Of a stretch of DNA of 64,000 nt, positions 30,764-40,492 are shown piece after piece. Position 1 is the first letter of the stretch. The number at the start of each line of letters is the position of its first letter. The notes below the pieces were generated by a model that saw only the letters and a program-made list of their open reading frames with translations, had not been told where the DNA came from and searched no databases. The stretch lies in the IMG/VR virus record IMGVR_UViG_3300020370_000002, positions 18,806 to 82,805 of that record; one strand, written 5' to 3'. The stretch is from a virus. A program made the position numbers and the translations under genes.

Positions 30764-33029
30764 ATTGCTTCTCAAATTTGCCCATTGAATAGTCGTCTCC
30801 GATTTCGAAGTCGCACCCAACTGGAGCGCCAGGAATAATAATTCCTCTGTCTTTCTGTATACAATACTTAAGTTTTTCTGAGTACACTTCTATCTCGTCG
30901 TCTGGAACTTCTGCAAGAATAGAATCGTGTACAAGTGCAAAGATACGGGCTTTCATCTTGCTTGCCTGTATATCATCATGCATATCTATAGCCCCAAGCA
31001 GGTTAATATCAGAAGCAGTAGACTGGACCAAAAAGTTAAGACCAGAACGAATGCTGTGACTTTTGATACCTGCGTCCGAAGATTTGACATTTGGTAATCT
31101 CCTTTTTCTACCAAAGAAACTGTATACAAACCCATTTTGTTCAATGAATCTGTGGTTGTCGTTTATCCACTTCTTAAGCGCATGAAACGATTCAAAGTAG
31201 TCATCAATAACTTCTTTTGCTTCTTGCTGACTAAAGTATTTGCCAGAGTCTTTGGTAACTTGCTCACTAATCTTCTTTGGGCCTGCACCATACATGATGC
31301 CGAATGTAACTGCTTTTGCAGCCTGTCTTTGTGTTGTGTATAGTTCTGCTACTTCTTCTACTTCACACGGTAGACGAAATACTGTCTTCGCAATACTACT
31401 GTGAAAGTTTCCGCCTGAACGAAATACTTCCATAAGTGCTTTGTCTTTGGCAAGAACTGCGGCAACATAAACCTCTGCCGTAGTCAAGTCCATTGCAACA
31501 ATCTTATGTCCTTCCGCCGCTTTGATACATCCTTTTACAGCAGGGTTATCCCGAGGAAGCTGTTGCATATTAAGCTTACCACTAGAACTGAGCCTACCGC
31601 TAGTAGTACCATGAAGGTTGAACGATGTGCGCAATCTGCTATCTCTATCCAGTTGCGGTATGATTTTGTCCAGATAAGTATTTTTAATTTTGGATCGTTG
31701 ACGTATGTCAAGGATAAGTCGTGGAATTTCCGACTGGGATCCAAGTTCTTGCAATACCTCTGCATCCGTAGAGTGAGCTCCTGTTCCTGTCTTTTTGCCA
31801 GTTGGTTGCAGATCAAGATAGTCAAAAAGAAGGGAACGTAGCTGGACAGTAGAATTAGGATTAAAATCTTTTCCATTGTACTTTTCCCACTTGTTTATTA
31901 TAGGGTTCTTGTATAGCCCAGTAACGGCAGTATCAATATCGTCCTGCATAAGCTCCTGAGCTGCGTATAATCTTTTCTTGTCGAAAGGAACACCGTTGTC
32001 CTGTGCATCAATCAGAAAGCGTGTGCCAGGAATGAGTATGTTATCGTATACCCACTTGAGTTTGGGGTTCTCTTTAATCTTCTTAAACTTGTCGTAAAGA
32101 AGATAAGTACATAGAGCATCCATTGCTGCATATGTTTTCATTATATCAAAGGGAATAGACCCCCACTGGAAGTCTCCTTTCAGGATGCCGTTTTCTTTTC
32201 TGTAGTTATCCATCCACTCATACATTGGCTTCTCATAGTCGCCATATGGAGTAAATCGAATAGATAACTGCTTCAGGCCATGCCCTCCGGGATTCTCGTC
32301 TATGAGATAGTGGAGCAGCATGGTGTCTTCTATTCTTGGGAACTCAAAGTTGAAGTGGTACTCAAAGAATGCAACGTCAAACTTTGCGTTATGAAATACT
32401 ACTCGCTTTTTGCTGAAGAGCGTTTGAAGAAGCTCTTCAGTCTCTTCATCAAAGCAGTCTGTTGAGATATATGCTCCGCGTTTGCCGTCGTAAGAAAGTG
32501 ATATCCCCAGAATGTGCCCGTCCCTAGGATAGAGCCCAGTCGTCTCGGAATCCAGAGCAATAAATGTACCAGAATCTGCGATTGCTTCTCGTAAAAACGT
32601 GTTACACTCTTTTGTATCTTGTATGCCAAATGCGATTGACTCATCTATTATCACCTCTTCTATCTCACCATTTATATACTTAATGATGCTTTCTTTTGAA
32701 TCTTCCCATGTCTTACGTGCTTCTGGCTTGAAGGTAAGCATGGCTGGGTTTATTACTGGCAAGAATTTATCTTCTACTTTCTTACCAGAATATTCTGTTA
32801 CTGAATTTATCTTTGTGAAGTATTTCAACGCATCACTCCCAACTAGAACAATCCAGTCATATAAGTCTGCGTTAAAGGTTATATCACAATCTCTCTTCAA
32901 TACTTTCTTTATAGTAGGATCAGAACAAAGCTGATACTGGTCGAACTCGAAAGCTCCACCAAACGCTTTGTTAAAGTCTGTTCTACTAGGTTTAGTTTCT
33001 ACTAGAGCAACTTTAGCTGGTAACTTCAT
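30750..33029 (-). CDS. Family A DNA polymerase with 3'-5' exonuclease (T5-like)
   Basis: DSETTG, HNAKFD, TSGRLSS, DLTTAE, RQAAKAVTFGIMYG, VHDS. Confidence 0.97.
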   Translation of the reverse strand: MKLPAKVALVETKPSRTDFNKAFGGAFEFDQYQLCSDPTIKKVLKRDCDITFNADLYDWIVLVGSDALKYFTKINSVTEYSGKKVEDKFLPVINPAMLTFKPEARKTWEDSKESIIKYINGEIEEVIIDESIAFGIQDTKECNTFLREAIADSGTFIALDSETTGLYPRDGHILGISLSYDGKRGAYISTDCFDEETEELLQTLFSKKRVVFHNAKFDVAFFEYHFNFEFPRIEDTMLLHYLIDENPGGHGLKQLSIRFTPYGDYEKPMYEWMDNYRKENGILKGDFQWGSIPFDIMKTYAAMDALCTYLLYDKFKKIKENPKLKWVYDNILIPGTRFLIDAQDNGVPFDKKRLYAAQELMQDDIDTAVTGLYKNPIINKWEKYNGKDFNPNSTVQLRSLLFDYLDLQPTGKKTGTGAHSTDAEVLQELGSQSEIPRLILDIRQRSKIKNTYLDKIIPQLDRDSRLRTSFNLHGTTSGRLSSSGKLNMQQLPRDNPAVKGCIKAAEGHKIVAMDLTTAEVYVAAVLAKDKALMEVFRSGGNFHSSIAKTVFRLPCEVEEVAELYTTQRQAAKAVTFGIMYGAGPKKISEQVTKDSGKYFSQQEAKEVIDDYFESFHALKKWINDNHRFIEQNGFVYSFFGRKRRLPNVKSSDAGIKSHSIRSGLNFLVQSTASDINLLGAIDMHDDIQASKMKARIFALVHDSILAEVPDDEIEVYSEKLKYCIQKDRGIIIPGAPVGCDFEIGDDYSMGKFEKQYGIL

Positions 33030-33849
33030 ATAATTTTTCCTTTAACTTATCTACTTGAAGTTGACTGAGAGCACCAGGGTCTGTGTTTTTGATATGCACA
33101 TTCCTAGCTACGAGACCAACTTTCTCACACTCAGTCTTTAGTTTTTCTGCGGCACTTTGTCCCGCATCGTCTCCATCAAAAAAGATGTCCACGTACTCTG
33201 CTCCTTGTACTCGGAGCATTGATAATTTTGCTTCATTGTAATTATTAGTTCCAAAGCAGCACACAGCATTTGTCAATCCCTTATCATGAAGGTTTATCAT
33301 GTCAAAAATGCCCTCAACTAGGATAGCGGAACCCTGTATAAAATCCACTATCGGGAAGAACGGAAGTTTTGCGCCTGGAGGAGTAAATTTATATTTTGGC
33401 CTCCCGTCTGCTGTGTGCCGCCCTTGGAACGCAACTATACGCCCTGCAATGTCTCGTATAGGAAATACTATTCTTCCTACATAGTCAGAGTCAGAGTGCT
33501 GAAACGCCTCAAACTTTCTATAGGTTTCTGGACGAATATCTCTCCAGTTTCCTACATATGGTAAACTATTTTGGGGAAAGGACAAGCCAACACTTTCAGA
33601 CCTCTTTTGTATAAGTTTCTTCTTGAAAAGTTCGCGCTGCTGTTGTAATTGATTTGCCCTTTCTCCAAAATGATTAAATAAACTTCCCTTGTAACCACAA
33701 GAAAAGCAGTTGAATATCCCAGTAATCTGGTCAATTCTCATGCTTGGGTTTCTATCTTCATGCTCAGGATTTAGACAACGAACAAGAAAGTCGCTACCTT
33801 TCGGCATGAAGTATATATTTTTACTTGTTAGTAATGTTTCTACATTCAC
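33013..33849 (-). CDS. DNA primase (zinc finger + TOPRIM)
   Basis: CLNPEHED..PS, CFSCG, VEGIFD, FDGDDAG. Confidence 0.93.
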   Translation of the reverse strand: MNVETLLTSKNIYFMPKGSDFLVRCLNPEHEDRNPSMRIDQITGIFNCFSCGYKGSLFNHFGERANQLQQQRELFKKKLIQKRSESVGLSFPQNSLPYVGNWRDIRPETYRKFEAFQHSDSDYVGRIVFPIRDIAGRIVAFQGRHTADGRPKYKFTPPGAKLPFFPIVDFIQGSAILVEGIFDMINLHDKGLTNAVCCFGTNNYNEAKLSMLRVQGAEYVDIFFDGDDAGQSAAEKLKTECEKVGLVARNVHIKNTDPGALSQLQVDKLKEKLYEVTS

Positions 33850-34145
33850 TAAGGTCTGTTATCCCATCTGTAAAATTTCTTTTCTGGGTAGCTCCAAAAC
33901 CACCCTTTGTACTTTTGCTCCTCTTGAGGAGTAGTGCTTTCTACATATCGTTCCGCTTCTGCAGCAAACTCAGGACTCTGAGTAAGAGGAGGTTTAGGTT
34001 TCGGGTACTTACTTTCATCCTCCCCGTTACGGCCTCTCTCACGGTTTCCATCTGCATTAAGTTCTGTTAAGTCTTGTTGTGTAAATTTAAAATCAGGTGC
34101 TAATCCCAAAACGCTGTCTCCTGTGGTACCATCCTTGGTGTACAA
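33849..34145 (-). CDS. Hypothetical protein (start uncertain)
   Basis: C-terminal YKGWFWSYPEKKFYRWD. Confidence 0.5.
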   Translation of the reverse strand: MYTKDGTTGDSVLGLAPDFKFTQQDLTELNADGNRERGRNGEDESKYPKPKPPLTQSPEFAAEAERYVESTTPQEEQKYKGWFWSYPEKKFYRWDNRP

Positions 34146-34309
34146 TATGCTGTTATTTTAGCTTGAAACCCTCGATACGATTTTCCGTACCTACCTCGTT
34201 CTATTCTCTCCGAAAAATAATTACATCTATTGATATTACGAAAGTACATATTTGCAGTAGGCTCAGGTTCTCCATCTACAATTACTACTAATAAAAAAGC
34301 CATTAACAA
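34100..34309 (-). CDS. Hypothetical protein
   Basis: YFRNINRCNYF...TAYCTP. Confidence 0.55.
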   Translation of the reverse strand: MLMAFLLVVIVDGEPEPTANMYFRNINRCNYFSERIERGRYGKSYRGFQAKITAYCTPRMVPQETAFWD

Positions 34310-34311
34310 GT

Positions 34312-34385
34312 TGGCATACCCCCAGGGACTCGAACCCCGACTAACAGTTTTGGAGACTGTCGTGCTACCATTACACTAGGGATAT
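34312..34385 (-). tRNA. tRNA-Trp (CCA), 3' CCA encoded
   Basis: ATATCCC TAGTGTAATGGTAGCAC G ACAGT CTCCAAA ACTGT TAGT CGGGGTTCGAGTCCCTG GGGGTAT G CCA. Confidence 0.93.
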
Positions 34386-34390
34386 TCATA

Positions 34391-34678
34391 TTACTTTCCA
34401 ATATCCTCAATGCTATCTTTACTAATTACTTGGTATGCGCCTTTGTTGTAAGCAGGTGCAATCGTGTACCCCTCAGAAGCCTGCACCTTCCAATCGTCAC
34501 GAGGACGAGGTTTGTAAGGTGTAAGCGGAGCGGAAGGGTAGTCGGGTGTCTCACGACGAACAGGCTCATTATTTGCATGAAGCTGCATATATTGTACCCT
34601 ACGCTTGTTTGTATATAATGATTTGTTTGGTCTCTTTCTACCACTAGGTGAATATCTCATACTGCCTCTTACAATCAT
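34391..34678 (-). CDS. Hypothetical protein
   Basis: YTIAPAYNKGAYQVI motif common in aquatic phages. Confidence 0.7.
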   Translation of the reverse strand: MIVRGSMRYSPSGRKRPNKSLYTNKRRVQYMQLHANNEPVRRETPDYPSAPLTPYKPRPRDDWKVQASEGYTIAPAYNKGAYQVISKDSIEDIGK

Positions 34679-34702
34679 AAAGCCTCCACATTTTGAATAT
34701 AT

Positions 34703-34731
34703 ATTATACTAAAAATAGATGCAAATGTCAA
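34703..34731 (-). promoter_or_regulatory. Sigma70-type promoter
   Basis: TTGACA-17-TATAAT. Confidence 0.85.
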
Positions 34732-34739
34732 GAACTATT

Positions 34740-36092
34740 TTAGATGTCGTCTATATCTTCACCAGTTTTTTGGTCATTATCCTCTCTTTCTGTCGGAGTC
34801 AGAGCGGTATCTGGACCAATCTTGAGTGTCTCCCAATCCATGTAAGAAGAAAAATCACGCATAGCGGCAGCTCGCATTTTTACACACTTGAAGGTAATAC
34901 AATTATCTTCCTGTGACCAAGTTTCAAGACTATACGCAGCATCTGCTGCATCTAGTATTCCCTTGGCAAAACGAGCCTCACCGCTAGCGTCAGTTTGGTA
35001 TGGTGAGAACACGGGGGTTTCGAATTCTTGTGCCATACTCTTGAGTGCTTTACTAACTTCGATCTGCTCTGTCCAGTCATACTGTCCTCCACGAGAAGGC
35101 ATACTGGATCTTTTTACTTGATTGATGTAGTCAACGATAATCACGCCAACGTCCATCTTACTTTTTATTTTCTTATCAAGTTCAGATCGTATCTTAGAAA
35201 TAGTCAAGCTAGGGTCATAAATTACATCTAACTGTTGAGTCGGGAGAAGCTCACAGCTAGTCTTTAACTTATCATGAAACTTCTCAAAGTCTCGATGTTC
35301 TCGATACTCTGCTAGTCTCTCTTGACTATCACTGTATCTTGCAGCCCACCAACCAGCTACTTGCTCCCACTCAGGAATACTAAGATTCTTAGTTCGTAGG
35401 CGAGAGAAGGGTATGCCTGTTGCAATCGAACAACACCGTTGCAGTATTGCACGACTATCCATTTCAATGGTGAAATATAAGGCAGACTTGCCAGAAGCAT
35501 AGACTGAGTTAGCTATGTTAGCACAAGTGATAGATTTCCCTGCCCCGCGACGGCCTCCGACAAGAATCAAGTCTCGGGGGGAGAACGTGATATCTTGGTC
35601 ATACTCCGTATTTAGACCGAGGGGCAGGTACTTTCCAAGTTCTTCATCTGGTTCAAACAAGGGAATACGTTGCATACTCTCTTGGGGTTCTTGAAGCTCT
35701 ACTTTTTCTTCGATATCAAGAACTATTTGATGTAGATGATTTACAGACTCTTCCGCATCCTCAAAGGATATGGAGTTGTCAACATAATCCTCAAGAGATT
35801 TGAGTATCTCTTTTTGAGTAAACTCATTCTTGAGGTACTGCAGAAGCATGAAAGGCTCAGCTTCTACATCAATGGCATCTATTGCAAAGAGCAATTCTTT
35901 GGTAGATGTATCACGGATCTCGAACTTAAGATCCTCAAGGGTGGGGAGTCGATGAAACTTCTCACAGTGTTTATCTATCTCTGTAAAGAGACGATGGTAT
36001 GCTGTAGGCAAATATGCTTTGCGCGTAGAAGACCAAGACTCAAAATCTTGCAGGTCTAAAACTTGCTTCAAGTAAGCACTTGCTATGTTCAA
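34740..36092 (-). CDS. DnaB-like replicative helicase (T5 D6-like)
   Basis: GGRRGAGKS, FTIEM, IVDYIN, ARFAKGILDAAD. Confidence 0.93.
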   Translation of the reverse strand: MNIASAYLKQVLDLQDFESWSSTRKAYLPTAYHRLFTEIDKHCEKFHRLPTLEDLKFEIRDTSTKELLFAIDAIDVEAEPFMLLQYLKNEFTQKEILKSLEDYVDNSISFEDAEESVNHLHQIVLDIEEKVELQEPQESMQRIPLFEPDEELGKYLPLGLNTEYDQDITFSPRDLILVGGRRGAGKSITCANIANSVYASGKSALYFTIEMDSRAILQRCCSIATGIPFSRLRTKNLSIPEWEQVAGWWAARYSDSQERLAEYREHRDFEKFHDKLKTSCELLPTQQLDVIYDPSLTISKIRSELDKKIKSKMDVGVIIVDYINQVKRSSMPSRGGQYDWTEQIEVSKALKSMAQEFETPVFSPYQTDASGEARFAKGILDAADAAYSLETWSQEDNCITFKCVKMRAAAMRDFSSYMDWETLKIGPDTALTPTEREDNDQKTGEDIDDI

Positions 36093-36103
36093 CGATTCCC
36101 CCG

Positions 36104-36142
36104 AAAAGAGTACAGCCGCAACGACCCCTCATCACGGCTGTA
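36104..36142 (-). terminator. Stem-loop between D5 and the helicase gene (terminator, attenuator or processing site)
   Basis: Minus strand TACAGCCGTGATGA-GGGG-TCGTTGCGGCTGTA followed by CTCTTTT. Confidence 0.55.
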
Positions 36143-36158
36143 GAATTAACACTAAAAT

Positions 36159-36890
36159 TTAGCTAGCGGCAGCTTTTTCTTTTTTAGCCGCACCATCATA
36201 ATCAGACGCTGTTAATCCTCTTCGGGTCAACATAGTCTTTACACCACGTGCAGTTTTACCAATCGACTCTGCGATTGCTTCAACTGTCATGTCAGATACA
36301 TCACCTAACTCTGCTAAAGGATCGCTTTTTGCAGAACCTTTGGTGTGTTCCTGACGGGGAATAGCGTCAATATCGCCAGAACGAAGTAGGCTGAGAGCCT
36401 TTCCTCGTACACTGTTTACACTACGATCAAGAGCTTCTGCAATCGCTTCTACGAAAGCACCATCATTTACCATAGAAATAAAGGTAGCCTCTTCATCTGG
36501 TGAGTAGGTTCTAACAGTCTCCACTTTGGGAGCTGGCTTAACATGGGCAGTAAGTTCCATTGAAAGAATCTTACCTTGAATAGACTTAGCACTAAATGCT
36601 CCGCCTTCAAAGTTCTCTGCAATCTGAGCATAGGTATACTCACCGCTATTGTCAGAAACAAAAGCTGCAAGAGTAGCTTCTTGACTTTCAGAAAAAGCAC
36701 GAGTGCTCTTTGCAGAAGCAAGTTCTACTTCGTAACCCATTTTCCTCAGTTTGCTAGAAACTGACCGTGTAGTAGTCTCAAGCTGATCTGCTGCTTCTGC
36801 AACAGTATCTTGAGATACTGGGGATTCATCACCGACAAAATTAGTGAGCTCGTCGGTACGCTCGTCTGTCCACTTAGGCAATGTTGCCAT
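36159..36890 (-). CDS. DNA-binding protein (T5 D5-like)
   Basis: Repeated HTH units (RSVSSKLRKMG, KSIQGKILS, SVRGKALS, RGVKTMLTRRG); synteny. Confidence 0.85.
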   Translation of the reverse strand: MATLPKWTDERTDELTNFVGDESPVSQDTVAEAADQLETTTRSVSSKLRKMGYEVELASAKSTRAFSESQEATLAAFVSDNSGEYTYAQIAENFEGGAFSAKSIQGKILSMELTAHVKPAPKVETVRTYSPDEEATFISMVNDGAFVEAIAEALDRSVNSVRGKALSLLRSGDIDAIPRQEHTKGSAKSDPLAELGDVSDMTVEAIAESIGKTARGVKTMLTRRGLTASDYDGAAKKEKAAAS

Positions 36891-36893
36891 AGT

Positions 36894-37649
36894 TTAGTCT
36901 CCTATCAATTCTTTTAGACTTGTAATTATTGTTATGCCCCGTTCTTGGGCTTGTTTTGTTTTAGCAGACTCTATTCCTGACTCATTAATTAAGAATATTA
37001 CATCCTTAGCCATGGTTGTTTTCACCATATATCCTGCATAGGATAAGGCTTTTGTAGCTTCTGCTTTTGTTTTGAAACTTGAAAGTTTACCACTAATACA
37101 TACTGCACCTTTCGTTTCTTTTGCAATTCTAGGTCTTTCAAACTCCCAATCAAATGGGAGGAGCTGTTTTAGCCCATCTTGAAACTCACCATAGTACCAG
37201 CTAAGTAAACTTTCTGTTGCTTTCGGCCCAAGACCTGCGGCTTTACATTTGTCCTCATCAAGGTCAAAGAGACTTTTGATTTTGCTGGACAATTTTGTTG
37301 CAGCAGTCTTTCCGATCAACGGAATACTAAATGCAGGTAATACATCATTCATACTAGCTTTTCTTGAATGATTTATTTCTCTTAAAAGTTTTATAGCTAG
37401 CTTTTCAGAGGAAAGACCATCTCTCATATCTACATATGACAAAGAATATATCTTTGGAAAAGAGGTAATACCTAGTCTCTCGATGCTCTTTGGGCCAAGC
37501 CCTTTAATCTTTAGTGCTCTTGCAAAATGCTCAATTCGTTTCTGAAGTTGAGCAGGACACAAGCTGTGTGTGCAATAAAGCAAATCGTTTTTCCACTCAA
37601 GTGGTGATCCACAAGAGGGGCAAACTTCAGGAGCTACTATCGCTTGCAT
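36894..37649 (-). CDS. NAD-dependent DNA ligase, subunit B (Zn-HhH-BRCT)
   Basis: CPSCGS...C...C, KGLGPKS, BRCT-like C-terminus. Confidence 0.9.
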   Translation of the reverse strand: MQAIVAPEVCPSCGSPLEWKNDLLYCTHSLCPAQLQKRIEHFARALKIKGLGPKSIERLGITSFPKIYSLSYVDMRDGLSSEKLAIKLLREINHSRKASMNDVLPAFSIPLIGKTAATKLSSKIKSLFDLDEDKCKAAGLGPKATESLLSWYYGEFQDGLKQLLPFDWEFERPRIAKETKGAVCISGKLSSFKTKAEATKALSYAGYMVKTTMAKDVIFLINESGIESAKTKQAQERGITIITSLKELIGD

Positions 37650-37675
37650 AAAGATTCCTCTGAAAATGAAAGTAT

Positions 37676-37704
37676 ATTATACGAAAATTTAGGTTTCATG
37701 TCAA
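37676..37704 (-). promoter_or_regulatory. Sigma70-type promoter between the ligase halves
   Basis: TTGACA-17-TATAAT. Confidence 0.85.
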
Positions 37705-37707
37705 GAA

Positions 37708-38661
37708 TTATTTTTCCTCAACTCGTCGGACAATACGCGGGATGATTTCACCACTTCGTATGACCTCGACGTGACAACCAATTTCAAGACCTAACTCCTC
37801 AATATGAGCCATATTATGTAAGGTTGCTCTTGATACAAGAGCATCCCCAATCATAACAGGGCCAAGTATTGCTACTGGTGTAACAACACCTGACTTACCT
37901 GTCTGCCACTCAACATCGCTTAGATAGGTTATTACCCCCTCTTTTTGCTCTTTGAAGGCAAGAGAGCCTCTTGGATGGTGGGAAGTAAATCCCTGATCCA
38001 TCCAATAAGTTGTATCGTCTAGTCGGAATACTCTTCCGTCTTGAGGATACAGGGATGCATCAATAGAGTAAACTGTGCCAATTCCAAAAGACTCAACCAT
38101 CTGTAGAACATCTACCCAAGAGTCTATAAAGTAAGGTCGCATATCATACGCTACAAACCTAAGCTCGTTTCTACGACTCATGAAATCTCTTTCTAGTTTT
38201 AGATTGAGAGACCCCGCAGCGTAATTACGAGCATTAGGAATACTAATAGGGGCGACAACTTCTCCATCAATCTGTACTTCTTTTTTGAAGTTGATCTTGG
38301 CTGGTACAAGATATTTTATCTTGTTAGTAATATCAATACCTATCTTACCATTGCCTCGTGTTAAGGCACGGTAAAACTCGCCATCTCGATACATGACAGA
38401 TACTGCCGCCCCGTCTAGTTTAGGAGTGCAAGTTACTAACTGTCCTTCATGCTTTACTCTAAGCCAGTTTTCTAGCTCATCATTATCAAATGTTTTCTGT
38501 AGTGAGTACATTTGATACTTATGATGTACTCCAGACTCGGGGGTATATCCGATACCCTCAAGTCCGTCGTATAAAGCGTCCCACTCAGTGTCAGTCAAAG
38601 GACTGTTACCACCTTCGTAGTATTTCTTTGCTATTGAATTTTTGTTAGTATTATCACTCAT
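37708..38661 (-). CDS. NAD-dependent DNA ligase, subunit A (adenylation + OB)
   Basis: PKLDG, TRGNG, RNYAAGSL, RATLHN, RSGEIIP. Confidence 0.93.
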   Translation of the reverse strand: MSDNTNKNSIAKKYYEGGNSPLTDTEWDALYDGLEGIGYTPESGVHHKYQMYSLQKTFDNDELENWLRVKHEGQLVTCTPKLDGAAVSVMYRDGEFYRALTRGNGKIGIDITNKIKYLVPAKINFKKEVQIDGEVVAPISIPNARNYAAGSLNLKLERDFMSRRNELRFVAYDMRPYFIDSWVDVLQMVESFGIGTVYSIDASLYPQDGRVFRLDDTTYWMDQGFTSHHPRGSLAFKEQKEGVITYLSDVEWQTGKSGVVTPVAILGPVMIGDALVSRATLHNMAHIEELGLEIGCHVEVIRSGEIIPRIVRRVEEK

Positions 38662-38669
38662 ATGTATAT

Positions 38670-38698
38670 ATTATACTAGAAAATGAATAAAGTGTCAA
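38670..38698 (-). promoter_or_regulatory. Sigma70-type promoter
   Basis: TTGACA-17-TATAAT. Confidence 0.85.
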
Positions 38699-38701
38699 GA
38701 A

Positions 38702-39019
38702 TTATTTTGGGTTATCGTGCTTGTATAAATTATCTACGAGGTCTTGGAAGTTCTCCTCAATTATCTCGCGCGACTCTGCTAGAGACAGAATCTCTGTGAG
38801 GGCGCGAAATAACTCTCTGGAGTTATTGAAGTCAATAGGCATTGCTATACCTTCGGGTGTAGGTTTCCATTCTTCAAAAAAATCCATGTAATACTTACGC
38901 AAGTGAAGATATTCAACCCCTTTGAAAGTATTTACAGAAACTCGTACCTGTACTTGTTTTTCTTCATCATAGTGTATTATATGCTCGTATAAAGGAGCTG
39001 GCTCATGAATTTGTATCAT
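38702..39019 (-). CDS. PC4-like ssDNA-binding protein
   Basis: VNTFKGVEYLHLRKYY...WKPTPEGI. Confidence 0.8.
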   Translation of the reverse strand: MIQIHEPAPLYEHIIHYDEEKQVQVRVSVNTFKGVEYLHLRKYYMDFFEEWKPTPEGIAMPIDFNNSRELFRALTEILSLAESREIIEENFQDLVDNLYKHDNPK

Positions 39020-39282
39020 GAGTCGTTCTTCAATACAGAAGCAAGAGGGACTACACTCGTTACATTCTTAGGTTTTAATAAGCGATAAGAATCCGTGTCC
39101 CAACAAAACAATAGTAGGGTTTCAGTAGATTCTCTCGCTCGGTTTTTCTTGTCTCGAATGTACTTTGTACTAAAGTCCAACGTGCATACATTGTACTTTA
39201 GTTTTTTTGAGTTCTCACTACGATATGTAATGATCGCATCACCATACTCATCAACAAGTTTGGCTAGTTCGTCCTTCTTCAC
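39016..39282 (-). CDS. Conserved T5-like small protein (SH3/Sm-like)
   Basis: YNVCTLDF, FCWDTDSYR; synteny. Confidence 0.65.
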   Translation of the reverse strand: MKKDELAKLVDEYGDAIITYRSENSKKLKYNVCTLDFSTKYIRDKKNRARESTETLLLFCWDTDSYRLLKPKNVTSVVPLASVLKNDS

Positions 39283-39335
39283 GGTGTTCCTTAGTTAGGT
39301 AGGTAAAATCTTTTACTGTCCTATACTGAAGAAAC

Positions 39336-39364
39336 AAAAAAGACCTCGGGGATCTCACCCGAGG
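39336..39364 (-). terminator. Intrinsic terminator after D3
   Basis: CCTCGGG-TGAGATC-CCCGAGG followed by TCTTTTTT. Confidence 0.8.
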
Positions 39365-39369
39365 GAGTA

Positions 39370-39765
39370 CTAGTCGGCCAATAAGCCTGTGAAATACTGA
39401 GCTGCTTTGCCAGTTAACTTAGATATAATATCTTCGTCTACTGCTAAGCCTTTGTCTGTGATAGCTGCGGTGAGGGCATCTTGTGCTGCCTGCTTAGATA
39501 CGCGTGTACCACCTGAGGAAGTCCCACCACCATTCCCCGTAGCGGGAGTCTTTTTTACATAGACACCTGCTTTGGTTAGAATCATACGAACCCCGTTAGG
39601 GCTTTCGTTTAATTCATCTGCAATTTCTTTTACAATTTCCATTGAAGTCTCAGGAGTTGGATCCTGTGCTTCATACATCTCTACGGCTTGCGCCTTCTTG
39701 TCGTCGTCCCACGCCATTCTGCGTTTTCCTCGTTGTTGTTGTTGAAAATAAAATCGGTCGCCCAT
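39370..39765 (-). CDS. DNA-binding protein (T5 D3-like)
   Basis: SPNGVRMILTKAGVYVKK, KLTGKAAQYF; alternative start at 39717. Confidence 0.8.
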   Translation of the reverse strand: MGDRFYFQQQQRGKRRMAWDDDKKAQAVEMYEAQDPTPETSMEIVKEIADELNESPNGVRMILTKAGVYVKKTPATGNGGGTSSGGTRVSKQAAQDALTAAITDKGLAVDEDIISKLTGKAAQYFTGLLAD

Positions 39766-39790
39766 TTGGTTTCCTCATTTTTGAAATACT

Positions 39791-39819
39791 ATTATATCTC
39801 GATTTAACATTTGTGTCAA
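39791..39819 (-). promoter_or_regulatory. Sigma70-type promoter
   Basis: TTGACA-17-TATAAT. Confidence 0.85.
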
Positions 39820-39838
39820 GAACTTTTTTTGCTCTCCA

Positions 39839-40492
39839 CTAAATTTTTTCGATATCAATGCCATGCTCTTCCAAGTGAGTTAATTTACCTAGGTCACAGG
39901 CTAGTGCTGCTCCATGAAAACCTCCCACCCTTAAAGTTTCAGTTTCTTCCAGTATGTATATCTCATAGCACTTACATCCATACTTGTCTATGTAATACTG
40001 AGGGTTGGGGCTTTCTTTTTGTACTATGGCAGGAGCATGATAGAAAGCAGACCATACTTTTTCATTTGGAATGAACTCATCAGATACACATTGATCTGGT
40101 AAGAATGCGTATCCTTTTCGTTCTTCTACAAGCGCTGGTCGCGTTGGTACTCCAACTCGATTAAGTATAGCTTTTACAAACCCCGTAGAGCGGTACATAC
40201 CTTGAGATATTTCGGATATAGACTGCCCATCGAGATAAGAAGTTATAGCTTCTTTTATCTCTAAAGCACTTGCTGGCTTACCTTTTAACTGAGCTTTTCT
40301 CTTCGCTCTAAAGTTTTGTTTGTCTTGAAAATCTTGTATTATATTATTAAGTCTTGTAGTATTGTACGAGATGTTGAGTATCTCACACGCCTCCTTTTTA
40401 GTTATCGGTTTATCCGAACTCAAAAGGGTTATCACGTGTTGTATATTTTCCTGAGTCAACTTCTCGTGTTCTTTCTTCTTCACCCTTGCCAA
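39839..40492 (-). CDS. DNA-binding protein (T5 D2-like)
   Basis: TKKEACEILNISYNTTRL; synteny. Confidence 0.8.
   Translation of the reverse strand: MARVKKKEHEKLTQENIQHVITLLSSDKPITKKEACEILNISYNTTRLNNIIQDFQDKQNFRAKRKAQLKGKPASALEIKEAITSYLDGQSISEISQGMYRSTGFVKAILNRVGVPTRPALVEERKGYAFLPDQCVSDEFIPNEKVWSAFYHAPAIVQKESPNPQYYIDKYGCKCYEIYILEETETLRVGGFHGAALACDLGKLTHLEEHGIDIEKI

Noticed and set aside
19102-33029. Introns or inteins in nrdA, nrdB or pol
   Set aside because: Frames are continuous and of normal or compact length, with no intein motifs.
34312-34385. Stop-codon reassignment via a suppressor tRNA
   Set aside because: The anticodon is ordinary CCA, and conserved genes are intact with TAA, TAG and TGA all used as stops.
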